A stretch of DNA of 64,000 nt, taken from positions 22,072,001-22,136,000 of the forward strand of contig CM022677.1 in NCBI GenBank assembly GCA_012295275.1, in the 5' to 3' direction. This document shows, piece by piece, positions 1-20,800 of this stretch. Source of the DNA: Chrysomallon squamiferum (Eukaryota; Animalia; Mollusca). Below the pieces are notes generated by a model. That model was not told the origin of the DNA. It saw only the letters and a list, made by a program, of their open reading frames with translations, and did no database searches. A program made the position numbers and the translations under genes. Positions within the stretch are counted from its first letter, which is position 1. Each line of letters opens with the position of its first letter.

Positions 1-32
1 CCCTCGGGTTCACTCGTTTCCACTCTGGTGAC
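1..32 (-). CDS. CAPN5: Calpain-5-like exon 6 (partial)
   Basis: Acceptor ttcAG at 34-33; phase-2 join gives ...WSDS|[10 protein letters not shown]. Confidence 0.85.
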
Positions 33-517
33 CTGAAGTAAAATAAACATTTTCATTACTACTGCTTTTATTTTTACTACTGCTACTGTTATTAACATCA
101 TCATCATCAACAATGTAATTTCAAAATATTAAACATACACACACAGACACAAACAACACAAACATTCATACACACACAAAAATATACACAAACACTAACA
201 CACATAGTCACACATACCCATAAACACACACACACTCACACACTCAAACACACAAAATATCATTTATGCAATGAAGATTTGATACAGAAAACCAGTTTCA
301 TTCAAATCAAACATACACTCACATGGACACACACACACACACACACACTCTCAAATACAGACACAAACACTCACACATACATACAAACACACACACTCAA
401 ATAGACACACACACACACATTCAAATACAGACACAAATACTCACACATACACACACTCAAATAGACACACACACACACACACAGTCAAATACAGACACAA
501 ACACTCACACACTCTCA

Positions 518-571
<54 letters not shown>

Positions 572-3500
572 AAACTACATCTTACACAACAAACATCTTA
601 CAAAGAAAAAAAGAAAAGTAGCGAGTCTGATTCAAATCAGTGTAACTACTCTACTGATTCAAATCAAAGTCTAACTACTCTACTGATTCAAATCAAAGTC
701 TACTCTACTAATTCAAATCAAAGTCTACTCTTCTGATTGAAATCAAAGTCTACTGATTCAAAGTCTAACTACTCTACTGATTCAAAGTCTAACTACTCTA
801 CTGATTAAAAGTCTAACTACTCTACTGATTAAAAGTCTAACTACTCTACTGATTCAAATCAAAGTGTAAGTACTCTACTGATTCAGTCTAACTACTCTAC
901 TGATTCAAAGTCTAACTACTCTACTGATTCAAATCAAAGTCTAGCTTCTCTACTGATTAAAATCAAAGTCTACTCTACTGATTCAAATCAAAGTATACTC
1001 TACTGATTCAAAGTCTAGCTACTCTGCTGATTCTTCAAACACTTACGAATCAGACCAAGCCCCGGTCCACTCTGTCGTGCCCCAGGGGTTGAACAGTCGA
1101 ACCAGCATCAGTTTGTCGGTGCCTACCGTACCCTGCAGCGACCTGCTGACGTTCACGAGTTTGACGTCAGTGATGTTGTATCCCTTTCCCAGGATGAGTC
1201 CCTTCTCAGTTTCCTTGCCAACCTGCTCATTGTCACACTAGATAGGAGAAAAATGTTTTATTTAATGACAGATTCGAATACTTTTTTTTTTTTACAATTA
1301 TATGGAACAGGAGTAATAGTAATAGTAGTAGTTGTAGTGGTAGTAGTAGTAGTGGTAGTGGTTGTAGATGTAATAGTGGTACCATCAATATCAATAGTAT
1401 TGGTACTAGACTAATATAGTAATAGTAGTGGTGATACTAGTATAATGATAGTAGTAGTAGCAGTGGTATTGGTACTAGACTAATGTAGTAATAGTAGTGG
1501 TGACACTAGTATAGTGATAATAGTAGTAGTAGTAGTAGTGGTAATAGTAGAAGTAATATTGGTACCAGACAGTAGAAGTAAAGTAGTGGTACTAGTATAG
1601 ACTAAGTGGTGTAGTAATAGTAGTGGTACTAGACTAGAAGCATAGTAACAGTGGAGGTACTAGTATAAGGTACCATTTTTTATTACTTAGCAAAAAATAT
1701 TTAATACATACCTTCCAAAAGATAGAAAAAATAAATCTTTTTAATATTAAAACAGGTAAATAAAGAATGGGAAAAAATATACATGAAAAAACTAAGAATG
1801 ATGCAAACAAAGCTATAAATAAAGAACTAAGCAATGAAGAATGAAAGACAGAAACAATGAAGCAAACAAATATATAAAAAAAAAAAAAAATGAATGAACA
1901 AAAGAATGGATGAATGAGAAAATTAAACAAATAAAGAAAAAATCGAACTAAATAAATAAAGAAATAAAACAGAAGAAAAATAAAAAAATAAATATATAGT
2001 CAGCAAATAAGAAAATGACACCTACCGCGATGTTGCAGTTGATGAAGGCGCGAAGTTCGATGGCATCTATGAGTTTGCTGAACAAGGCTTGTCTGTTCTC
2101 ATGTTGCTCCAACATCAGTTCAGACACCAGCAGCTTCTCTGCAACACCTCCAGTGAAGTCCACCAGCGCATCGGCTACAAACCCATAGTTTAGAGATTCG
2201 TAGTCTCCGTAGAGTCTGAAATACGAAAATTATTTTTAAAATTAAATATATTAAGTAATATGTAAAAAATATATTAATAATAATGTTTGCATATAATATA
2301 AACTAAATTAAGAAATACATATTTGTATAAAGTTTGAAAGAGGGATTAATAATATTCATACAATGTATGAAGAACTTAAATTAGAATAAAATACATGTAA
2401 TTATTTTCAAACATGTCTTTATATTTTTACATCCCCATAAAGTCTGAAAAATGACTGTTTTTAAAAATATATCAATAATAATCTTTTTTCCATAATTTTA
2501 AATAAATTAAGAAATAAATATTTCTATAAAGTTTAAAAGATAGTTCATAATATTTATACACTGTATGAAGAAAGTAAATTAAATTAAAATAAACATAATT
2601 ATTGTCAAATATTTATTTATATTTTTACGTAGTTATAGCAGAAGTAGAATTATATTACAAAAAGTTACTAAAATATATAGTACTAGTAGTAGTAACAGAA
2701 GAGGTACTAGTACAGTAGTAGGTATTGTGGTAGTACTAGTACTAGTATAATAATAGAAGTGGTTCTAATATGTATACCTGTAAGTGTAATAGTAGTAGTA
2801 ATAGTTACAGTGGCAATAGCAGTAATAGTAGTCCTGGTACTAGTGTTGGATTAGTAGTAGCAGTTACTAGTGCAGAACTAGTAGTGGTACTAGTATAAGA
2901 ATAGTACTAGTAGTAGTAGTGATAACAATAGCAACATAATAGTTATAGATGAACTAGCAGTAGTTGTAGCAGTAGAAGCTGTAACTTTAATAAATAAATA
3001 AATAAATATTTACTTCGCGTATGCTTTCTCCAGCAATGCACTCCAGAATTCGTTTCTCGACTTCGAGTGGCAGTAGACAAGTTTTCCATTTTTCGTGGGC
3101 AGTCTGTCGTCAATGACAACATCGACCCACGAGCCGTACCGCCAGAAGTTGAAATGAAAAATTCCGGCATATTTGTTTTTGTCGTCCCATTCTTGTTCCT
3201 TGTGATTTACAACAACCTTGATTAAAAAAATAAATAAATATGACTTCATAAAACTTTAATAAATAATTAATAAATAATTATCCATAAATCGACAGATTAA
3301 TATTTATTTCCAGTTCAAAAATAAATGAGATAAATAGAAAAAATAAATTTTAAAAATAAGCAGACGTACCAGTCTCCAAAGCTTCGGTTCCAAAGCGAGG
3401 CTAGAACATGCAGTGACAAACCACGTGTTTCCGAGTTCTCCCTGATTTAAATCGTCACAGCTGACTCCCTCGACAATTAGTTTTGGTACCTTGCACAATT

Positions 3501-3648
3501 CCTATAATAATAATAATTAATAATAATAATAATAATAATAAAACAAAAATCATAGCGAAGGCAGCAGCAGCAGCAGTATCAAAATCGATATTCAAAGAGA
3601 AATAATTGTTATTAGTCTGATCAAAGAATAGATATGTATATGTACGGT

Positions 3649-3688
<40 letters not shown>

Positions 3689-4307
3689 GTTAATGTAATA
3701 ATAATAACAAAAGTAATATTAGTAGTAGTAATAGAAACAATAACAACAATATGTGTATGTTGCGAGGTGCATGCGCGTGTATGTGTGTGTATGAATGCGT
3801 GCGAGCGTTAACGTTTCTGTATTTGAGAAAACTATATATATGACTTCAATAACAAAACAATAAAATACCAAAAGAAACAAAAGAAGAAGAACCGGGAAAA
3901 AAAAAATAAAAGTAAAAATAATAAATAATAATTTTCAAATATTTATAATAATAATTTTCAAAAAATTAGAATAATAATTTCCAAAAAAAATTGTCCTAAG
4001 AAACATAATCCCACAAATTTTTCAGTTACTTTCAATAATAGCTTTTATCAGTTTATCATACAAATCTTTATTTTATTCACTGAATATCGTGCCGAATTAA
4101 ACTCGGCTGAAATCGTCAATTAATGGACCAATCAAAAGCTGCGTTACAACTTACACTCGGTCGTTTCCATTCTATTTCGCTGTCCACGCGACTGAAGAAA
4201 AGAGATTTGTTATTGGCGGGAAATTCAGGATCTTCGAAAAGTATTCCTTTTCCAACGCAGCTGCTTTTCAATTTGCTGTAGCTCTGTCCTCGAAAATTAT
4301 CTGGCAT
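1..4307 (-). CDS. CAPN5: Calpain-5-like (TRA-3/CAPN5/6 group) gene, 3'-truncated by window edge; probable catalytically dead paralog
   Basis: Exons 4307-4155, 3501-3370, 3216-3014, 2215-2026, 1237-1047, 32-1 join in phase with GT/AG sites. The CysPc domain carries [59 protein letters not shown] and RLFNPWG..EW.GAWSD, closely matching CAPN5 motifs as I recall them. Confidence 0.92.
627..1033. repeat. Intronic minisatellite, ~20-31 bp variable unit
   Basis: Many copies of (aatca)aagtctaactactctactgattc, ending just before the calpain exon 5 donor. Confidence 0.85.
1047..1237 (-). CDS. CAPN5: Calpain-5-like exon 5
   Basis: TAG acceptor, GTAAGT donor; encodes [26 protein letters not shown]...[17 protein letters not shown] (absent from the supplied ORF track). 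Confidence 0.92.
2026..2215 (-). CDS. CAPN5: Calpain-5-like exon 4
   Basis: CAG acceptor, GTAGGT donor; [26 protein letters not shown]...FINCNIA. Confidence 0.92.
3014..3216 (-). CDS. CAPN5: Calpain-5-like exon 3
   Basis: AAG acceptor, GTAAAT donor; [11 protein letters not shown]...[14 protein letters not shown]. Confidence 0.92.
3370..3501 (-). CDS. CAPN5: Calpain-5-like exon 2
   Basis: TAG acceptor, GTACGT donor; [44 protein letters not shown]. Confidence 0.92.
4155..4307 (-). CDS. CAPN5: Calpain-5-like first coding exon
   Basis: ATG at 4307, 8 nt downstream of a CAG acceptor (so an upstream UTR exon is implied); [14 protein letters not shown]...FEDPEFPA...EWKRPS; GTAAGT donor. Confidence 0.9.
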
Positions 4308-5570
4308 AGTGCTTTCTGTCAATAAATAAACAAACAAATAAATAACTGACTGACTGAGTAAGAGACAGAACGAATGAATCAACGAATGAATGAATGACTA
4401 CATAAATGAGTAAGTGAAAGCATGAATGGACGAAAGAATGAATAAATAAATGAGTAAGTGAAAGAATGAATGAATGAATGAATGAATAAATAAATGAGTG
4501 AATGAATGAATGATGATGACATTCAGGAAAGAAACGTACTGCTTTCGATTCATACGCTCTCCTAAGTCTTGAGTATAATTTTATTAACTGATGTATTGTT
4601 TGTGTTATAGATACAACAGCCGCTGCTGCTGTTGCTGCTACTACTACTACAACTACTACTTCTACTAGTACTACTACTGCTACTACTACTACTACTATTA
4701 CTTCTACTAGTACTACTACTGCTACTACTTCTGCTAGTACAACTACTACTTCGACTAGTACTACTACTGCTACTACTACTACTTCCACTAGTACTACTAC
4801 TACTACTTCTACTAGTACTACTACTGCTACTACTTCTACTACTAATAGTAATGATAGTAACAACAATACTGTAAAACCTATAAAACAACAAACAAACAAA
4901 CAAACAAACAAACAAATAGATAAATAATGAAATTCTAAACAAAAAAGTAAAAACATACAACTGTTGTTCCGAACTGAAAAATAAATAAAATCCACTTCGT
5001 TCTTTTCACCGCTAAACACCACCACCACTCCCACCTCACCTGGTTTGTTAATTTCGTCTGTTTAATCTAACACTTTGAAATTAACAATCACTGCTAATTA
5101 TAGGTGTGACACACAGGTAAACAAAACCGTAACAAAGAGCAATTGTTTCATTGGCTTGCGTTACCGTCTGAAAATCTCGAGTTTCATACCTCACGTGGGG
5201 TCAGAAATGTGGTCGGGGGTGGGGGGGGGGGGCTACGTGGGTGCGGTTTGATTAGTTTGTCTTGTAATCTTAAGTTTATTAGAACAGGTAGGTAACTTGA
5301 TTAACGGTAATTAAAAAAAAAAAAAAAAAGTTAAAATTAATAGACTGATCCTACAGGTGGATATGAAAGTTAATTTAGTTCAGTGATGGTGCTATACTGA
5401 TTATTTTTATCCCCTCCCCACAGTTACATAAATAAGTGTGAACACATATAATGGAATAAGATTAAGCAAGTAAAATTGACATACAGTAACCAGCTGATAT
5501 AATTATATGTACAAACAGCCTTTAAAAAAGTGCGTATGTGTGCATGTACAGATATGAACAAAAGAACTCG

Positions 5571-5656
<86 letters not shown>

Positions 5657-6326
5657 GTGCATTGTGATATAATTGTCTATTTTATTTTGATGACGTATGC
5701 TAACTAGCTAGGAAGCAGTGTAAAATAAAGTTATCACCAGTGTATAAAAAATATTCGACGTCATCATTGACATCAACTACAACTGCAACTTCACCCTTTG
5801 CTTATTGCAAATGTAAATACTGTAATCATCATCATCATCATCATCATCTTCTTCTTCTTCTTCTTCTTATTATTATTATGATTACTAGTTCACATCGAGG
5901 CTTAAAACACATTACTAACGGCAATTATTATTTCTCAGATAACGGGGATAAAATGTGGTGGGGAGGGGCGGGCAAAAAAGGTGATTAAAACCGGAAGATA
6001 GTTGTAGTTATCTGACCTTGTTTATCGGAGTTATCGACCCGTGCTTCTCCTATTCCCCGTTTCGAGTGTAAAGGTGTTTTCTAAACAGTTTCACTGTTGC
6101 TACGGTCTTTAGAAATCACACATGACAGAGCTCGTTACTTTTCTATAGCTGCTGTTGTTGTTGAGGTTTAGCACTAACAATTCAAAGTAATATTTTTCTC
6201 TTTACTGTAATAAATCGGACGATATAATTAATTATATGATTAAGAATGACAGAGTATGGATCTTGTGAGGTTTGCTGTGTGTATATATCATACATATTCA
6301 TGTTTCTTACGTTAGTCTGTTTCATG

Positions 6327-6357
<31 letters not shown>

Positions 6358-6388
6358 GGTACCCGATACACGCGCTGAAAATCCATGT

Positions 6389-6585
<197 letters not shown>

Positions 6586-7119
6586 CTCGTTTGTTTTTTC
6601 TTTTTTCTAAATTTTTTTATATTTATTTATTTATTTATTTATATCTTTAAATTATTTTTATATATATATATATTTTTTTTATCCTTCTACGGGAGTATTT
6701 AAGTGCATATTTCTCTATATATAAAGCAAACATTTTACATATTAACACACAAATGTGTATCGGGTTTACGAGAAGTAAAATGAAGTCCATTAGTGTATTC
6801 AGACATCAAATATGTTTTATCACCGTATACAGACATCAAATATATTTATAACAAAGATTATACAACATGACATTCATAACGACATCGATTCTTCGGTGCT
6901 GTATTAAGCAATTAAACCTTCATTTTATTTACATAAGCTCAGATGTGGGGTGATCTTAAGCCAAGGTTTCTGTGTAGGTAATACAGTTAAACTGAGATCT
7001 TCGAAACAGATTAAACTTACGATAGCGCTGCGGCTGTTTTTGGAACGCTGCCAGTAGAAAAGTGTAGAAATACACCTGACGTTAAAGTAAGTGTACGAAA
7101 CGTGAGAGATATTAACACG

Positions 7120-7188
<69 letters not shown>

Positions 7189-7213
7189 AAGATACAGTGA
7201 CAGAGAGATATAG

Positions 7214-7307
<94 letters not shown>

Positions 7308-7474
7308 AAATATAGAAACACAGGGAAAAAAATGAAATAAAAAATATTTTATTTTATTTATTTATGTTGTTGTGTTTTTTTGGTAGGTTTTTCTACCTTT
7401 TATTACCACCACTACTACTACGACTGCTACTACTGACGGCGCCGAAGAAGAAGAACAACAACGACAACGACAGC

Positions 7475-7514
<40 letters not shown>

Positions 7515-8391
7515 TAGTTACTGTTACAAATGTCACGATATATTACCTCCCCCAGTGTCAGTCTCGTGCCAGTATTTTCTATGACGTAAGCAAATTTTAT
7601 GCTTTCGCTTGACTTGTTTTCTCAAAAGACGTTTTGTTCATTAATGTAGTTACGCATAAATATTTGGTTTCGTTGTTAAGCAGTTTATTTGAACTTAGGT
7701 TAACTACTGCTTTGATCTGCACACGATCGAAAGACAAAGCAATTATTATAAAAAAAAATAATAATTAAAAAAAGTCACGATAGAGACAGACGACACAATT
7801 TGGTACAAGGCCAAATCTGAAAAGGACAAAATAATTACGATAATGTTAAATTATAAGAGCAAAGAGAATGTAAGTTAATAAAAAAAAAAAAAATAATAAT
7901 AATAAAATAAAAAATAAAAAATAAAAATAAATAAATAAATAAATAAAAAATAAATAAATGATAATCGGTTACACAGACACACACACTCAGACAGACACGC
8001 ACACAGACACAAACGTATTCGTTTATATATGCGTATGATTATATGTATGTACATACATGCTTATAAAGAGAATTATGTACATACATTCACACACATACAT
8101 TCACACACATACATTCACACAAATACACACCACTTACACGTACACATTCACCCACACATATATAGCTACAGACACATACAGACATACATACACACACACA
8201 TATATACATATTAACACAATATACATACAAACACACCTACATACATAGACACACACGCACACACACATTCACCCACACATATATAGCTACAGACACATAC
8301 AGACATACATACACACACACATATATACATATTAACACAATATACATACAAACACACCTACATACATAGACACACAGCCACACACACAAAA

Positions 8392-8429
<38 letters not shown>

Positions 8430-8714
8430 GTCGTCACTTTACTCTCACGTTGAATTTAATATTTCATCGGCAGAATTTACTTTGCAGAACTGAGATATAC
8501 CTGAAACTTGAACCAAAAAAAAAAAAAAAAGAATAAAAAGACAAAACAATTTTGATATGTGTGCTGCTTCTCGCTCTGGTTGATCTCATCCAGGAAGTGT
8601 TGATTACAGAACTTGCGAAATATCAGTTAGTTATTGTTCGAGGATTTACAGCTTGGCGGTGTTGTAACTCGACTGAATAGCTTGAATTACCGATAAGCTT
8701 TACATATACATTAT

Positions 8715-8805
<91 letters not shown>

Positions 8806-8860
8806 CACATCCAAATATTATATACACACATACATATATCCATGCTTACACATATTATAT

Positions 8861-8891
<31 letters not shown>

Positions 8892-9162
8892 AATACATAA
8901 ATACATACATACACACACACACACGTGTGCTTGTGTAATATTTGTATACAAACATGTTAAAACACATCAACAAGTGTTGTGTATGTAAATAGTTTTGCTT
9001 TCGTGTATAACCTGTGTTAACGACTATTTACACTGTTAGGTGTATACACATATTATATCTGTGTGTGTATGTATCCTCACACATTGATACACACATAAAT
9101 CCATACCATACATATGTACATACATACATTATATATGAATGTGTATCTATGTATGTATGTAT

Positions 9163-9193
<31 letters not shown>

Positions 9194-9814
9194 ATATAAT
9201 ACTCAATAATTTACGTTTTCAGAAACAAGCTATCTCTTAACTATACAGGTTTATCTATTCCTGTTGATAAAAGCAACAACAACAACAACAACAAAAAAAA
9301 CCCACAAAAACATTGTGTAGTGACTCCTGCATATATACACACCCGCGCACATAATATACGTGATGAAATTCATCACTACACGTGCAATGAAACGAACAGG
9401 CTCACGGATACACTCTGCGTGTTTCATTGTGTTTGAATTTCTGCTTTGTCGAAGCATGCAGTTCATTGTAAACAAGACTTCAGCACATTTAACAGCGTGA
9501 GCATAAACAACATCGACGATTTTAAGCCAGGAAAAAAGAAAAGCAGAACAAAAAGATCAATTTGTCTTGACGATGCTGCCAATCGATCGTACGGTTCTAA
9601 ATTTAACATCAAATTGTAATCGAGAATTAATGAAATACACGTTTTAATAATAATAATAATAAAATTAAAAAAACGGATAGCGGCAACATCAATACACAAA
9701 TCGATAATAACAAGAAATTACTGAATTTGGCAAAAATAATCTTAAAAAAAAAAAAAATAATAATAAACAAAATAATAATAATAATACTACTGATAAAATA
9801 AATTACGTTCTTAC

Positions 9815-10160
9815 CGTGTGTCTGCAGGTAACGTGAAATAATGTCAACCGCGCGTTATCTCCCCTTTACAATCGAAACCAGGCGACATCTCGCGACAAGC
9901 GAACTGCTTCATAGCAACGCTCAAAATATTTGTGTCCCACTCGGAGTAGTTCTGGCTCGCTGAAGGTTATGCTATTGATATAACTGTAATCCTTTTCACG
10001 TCAGACTGCTGAGGTAGACTGCGGCAAAGGCCAATTTGTTATTCATAAACTGAGCCGCGCGGTTGAAATGAATGTGTGACCCGGATTGTTCAGTTTTCAA
10101 TGGGCTGCTATAATCGGAAGAGTTTTCCGTTGATCGCCGCGTTCGTTGTTAACCTCGTCT
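9815..10160 (-). other. Candidate non-coding 5' exon/promoter of the calpain-like gene
   Basis: CpG-richer, non-repetitive island ending in a minus-strand donor cacg|GTAAGA at 9814; the calpain ATG exon needs an upstream exon. Confidence 0.35.
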
Positions 10161-10212
10161 TAAAGGATAATAATAGAAATATTTATTTATTTATTTATTT
10201 ATTGTTGTTGTT

Positions 10213-10273
<61 letters not shown>

Positions 10274-10409
10274 GTAGTAGTAGTATTTATTTATTTTATT
10301 TTATTATTTATTTATTTTTTATGAACAGTATTCTTCATGTGAAGTGTCAAATATAAAATTTAAGTAAGTATAATTTGTGAAACTGCCAGGGAAACAGACA
10401 TGCACGAGT

Positions 10410-10765
10410 GAATGAATGAATAACTAATGTATGAAGTAGAACGTGAATGAATAAAAAAGAGCAATAACGAATGTATGAAGTAGGACGTGAATGAATAAAG
10501 AAGAGCAATAACGAATGTATGAAGTAGAACGTGAATGAATAAAAAAGAGTAATAACGAATGTATGAAGTAGGACGTGAATGAATAAAAAAGAGTAATAAC
10601 GAATGTATGAAGTAGAACGTGAATGAATAAAAAAGAGTAATAACGAATGTATGAAGTAGGACGTGAATGAATAAAAAAGAGTAATAACGAATGTATGAAG
10701 TAGAACGTGAATGAATAAAAAAGAGTAATAACGAATGTATGAAGTAGGACGTGAATGAATAAAGG
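10410..10765. repeat. 44-bp minisatellite, ~8 copies
   Basis: Unit gaatgtatgaagtagRacgtgaatgaataaaaaagagtaataac, period 44. Confidence 0.93.
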
Positions 10766-10887
10766 GCAAATGAAAAGAAACTAAGGAAAATATTTTTAAT
10801 ATCCAGGAAAGAAAGAACACAACAACAACATGATAATAATGATAAGAAGAAGAATTTTTATAACAATAACAACAGCTGAATATAAAT

Positions 10888-10965
<78 letters not shown>

Positions 10966-11196
10966 TCTTTCAGGTAACAATTGGCCAGGTATTCAACAAA
11001 ACACAAAAGTAACAGACAATAGTAACAATATCACCGGTGTTTCAAAATCTCGAGATTAGCAATCTGTGACGTCACGGGTTGGAGGAAAACCTTACGAGTG
11101 GGGGGGGGGTGTTTGTAACATTAGTTCTCACCTGACACCTGTAATTTCTATTATTATAATTACAAAACATGACCCGACCAATATTATAATAATAAT

Positions 11197-11265
<69 letters not shown>

Positions 11266-11565
11266 GTCTGCATTATTTTCTATAATTGTCACAATTATAG
11301 AAAAAGATGCAGACGTCATACTTGACCTTTAAACTCAGCACGTCTTGAGATATAAAAGAAAAAATAAGGGAGATTACTCTGATATCGTCACTATGACAAC
11401 AATAAACAAAATAATAACAGAACGTTGGATGATAACAAGGTTATCTGGGCTGTAACCACAGCAGATAGAAACAGTTGCGTTATTCCATCATGTACCGACA
11501 TTAAAGGTCAAGTACGTTGTCATGGTTACAGAAAAACATGCAGACGTCAGCTTATTATCTTTCTG

Positions 11566-11625
<60 letters not shown>

Positions 11626-11785
11626 TATGATTATTATTATTATTAAGTTTTGTCTGACACAAATACCCACAGACAGGCTCACTGAACTTTTAATGAACAT
11701 TAGCATGATGCCATCTTTGAATTTGTTCCCTTTCTTATACTGATTCAAATGGGTTAGTTAAAAACTTAATTACATTTATAATAAT

Positions 11786-12373
<588 letters not shown>

Positions 12374-12660
12374 GCTGATGCTAGCGTTTTGTTTAGGCTG
12401 AGATTGAAATGTTTGGTTAGATTATTTTATTACGTATTAAGGCCTGACATTACTATTACGATTAGAATTAAGATTAGATTAACGTTAATGTTTTAGTCAG
12501 CGTTAGGGTTATGGTTAGGATATAAGGATTTAAGGTATCGATTAGAATTAACGTTCGAGTTAACATTATGTTTGGAAATATATAATCCAGTTATGAATAA
12601 AAAAATGATTAAATAGTTTCTAACACGAATAAATAAATCGGACAATTTAACTGCGACAAT

Positions 12661-12716
12661 TTACGTAAGCGGAATGACGTCATCTGAGAGGTAGCAACCA
12701 CCATAGCAACATGGCG
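12661..12716. promoter_or_regulatory. Promoter-like motif cluster
   Basis: TTACGTAA (PAR-bZIP/D-box palindrome, 12661-8), TGACGTCA (CRE, 12675-82), RFX half-sites (GGTAGCAAC, CCATAGCAAC) and a YY1-like AACATGGCG within 56 bp. Confidence 0.45.
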
Positions 12717-13219
12717 AACAACTGTAGATACAAACATTTTTATTATAGCTCTTTTATATATATTTATATATATCTTTTTTATTATTCTGATAAATGGACG
12801 ATGGATCAGATATGAATTTAGTTTACTTGGATTATTCAGTGATTATTTTTGTTTTTGTTCAAAGATAAATACTGTGAGACTGCACTGAATGAGTAAAAAG
12901 CAAGAAATTAAAGTTAGTAGATCATTTTCAGCTTCATTTCAGATTCCTGTAGTTGAAACCTTTATTTTATTATTCTAACACTAACACTGAATCTAACATA
13001 GACATGATTCTAACCCTAATCCGAACACTAATCCTAACTATAAACTTACACCTAACTCTGATCTTAACCGTAACAATAACCCTACCCTAGACCTAAGTCT
13101 GTCTGTACATCTGACTCCAATCCTAATGCTGAAATGCAATATAAAGCTAAGTGTTTAGACATCAACATGTAGAACACACACACACACACAGACATACACA
13201 CACACATATGCACACACAT

Positions 13220-13255
<36 letters not shown>

Positions 13256-13849
13256 ACACACACATGCACCTACTAATAATGAAAGAAACAAAACAACAGG
13301 AAAAACTTTCAAACTTTATTTGAGTTAATTTGAGTTTTCTCCGTTCAGGATACAGTAATTTAATTTTTAAAATTAAAAAAAAAGAAAAAAAGAAAAACAA
13401 CAACTTCATAAATAAACTCTACTAGAAACATGTTAATACACTACAAGGAAGAAGAAGAAGAAGAAGAAGAAGAAGAAGAAGAAAAGAAGAAGAAACAGAA
13501 AGTAAAAGAAAGGTGATAAGAAGAAAATACGGCAAAGTAAAGATGATGGAAGAAGGATATAAGGAAGAACAAAATGAAAGAAGAAAATTGAAGAAAGAAG
13601 AAAAATCATGAAAAACCCCCCATAAAAAATCAATTACATTAAAACATGATTACTATAAATATACTACGTGTACAAACAATACAGAATACATTTTTATTTC
13701 ATTTTAAATAATTTTATCTCAGTGTAAATAAATAAATAAATAAATGTATACAACAACATCTGCATTCTTCTCACAGCAATTTTCCCCACATTTCCTTTTC
13801 TTTTTCATTTCGTTTTCGTTTTCGTTTTCTTTTTACTTTCTGACAAAGT

Positions 13850-19510
<5,661 letters not shown>

Positions 19511-19739
19511 TGTCAAATCTTGCTTCTGAAACAAACGTCACTGTAAATAATGTTTTTCTTAAAAATACATTTTAAAAGTCAAATACTGTTCACTATTCAC
19601 ATTTAAAGTAAAACATTTTTGAGAAAGCGCGTTTAGTTCTTAATATCCTTTTATTTTGATGTACTTGTTTTCTGCTGTCGTTTGTTTATTTAACGTACGT
19701 AGTTTGTCCAATAAATTAAACTTATATCTTAATTTCTAC

Positions 19740-19900
19740 CTGGTTTTTTTTTTTTTTTTTTTGTGTCTCTTTTTCTTTGAAACCAAACGTTCCGCAAGAA
19801 TGGCGTGACGCAATGTGACATTATAACGTCACTGACCGGTCTAAAAATAGCGAAGTATGAAATCGAGGCTGAACTAAAGTTACGAAACAATTTTGTTAGC
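19740..19900 (-). promoter_or_regulatory. Candidate 5' UTR exon/promoter of the uncharacterised gene
   Basis: CpG-richer patch ending in donor ccag|GTAGAA; TGACGCAA (19806-13) and a perfect MEF2 site CTAAAAATAG (19841-50). Confidence 0.4.
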
Positions 19901-20288
19901 CATGTTTGTTGGTTAGGAGAGACATCGCATTTCAGACGAATATCGCAAAATTAAAACCGCTGAATAACATTTACATTAGTGAAAGAAGATAATTTTTATA
20001 CTCGTTTGCAGCCGCTGCATTTTGTTTTTAATGTCTTATTACAGAAAGTACGTAATATATATATGTAAATAATATATGTGTGTGTGTGTGTGTTTAATAT
20101 ATATGTATTTATGTATAAAATATTTTTTCTTGTGACCAGATTATTATTATTGTTGTTGTTGTTGTTTTTGTTGCTACGGCTGCTTCTTTTTTTCACCATG
20201 AATACTGAACTGTTTCTTTTTAAGTCGTTTCTATCTTATCCTAAAAATAATTTTAATAATAAATAAATAATTATATATTTAACGATAA

Positions 20289-20345
<57 letters not shown>

Positions 20346-20749
20346 GTAGTAGTAGTAGTAGTAGTAGTACGTTGTAGTAATAAAAAAATAATCATAGTCA
20401 TCACTGAATAATGAACAACCAAACACGATGAACTTTCAGATTTATTTCTTTAAGAAAACAAATTTCATACGAAAATGATTACTTAAATAATACACGTGGT
20501 TTTCATGTTTTTGCAAATAAACATTTGCGCGCGCACACATACAAACAAAAGAAGAAGAAGGAAAAAAAAAAAAGAGCTTCTAAACATGTAAACATTCTAA
20601 AAGTAAAATAAATTATTATTATGTACATAATGGAGCTTTTTAACAGAACACTGGAAATTTGTAACACATTGTCTACATTGCTGCTAAAACAGACAAAACA
20701 ACACAGACATGTTCAGAATTTATTTTCTTTAAAAATAAATACATAAATA

Positions 20750-20800
<51 letters not shown>

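Noticed and set aside
12711-12890. Short plus-strand ORF MANNCRYKHF...
   Set aside because: Under 60 codons, runs through TA-rich low complexity, and no downstream exons were found.
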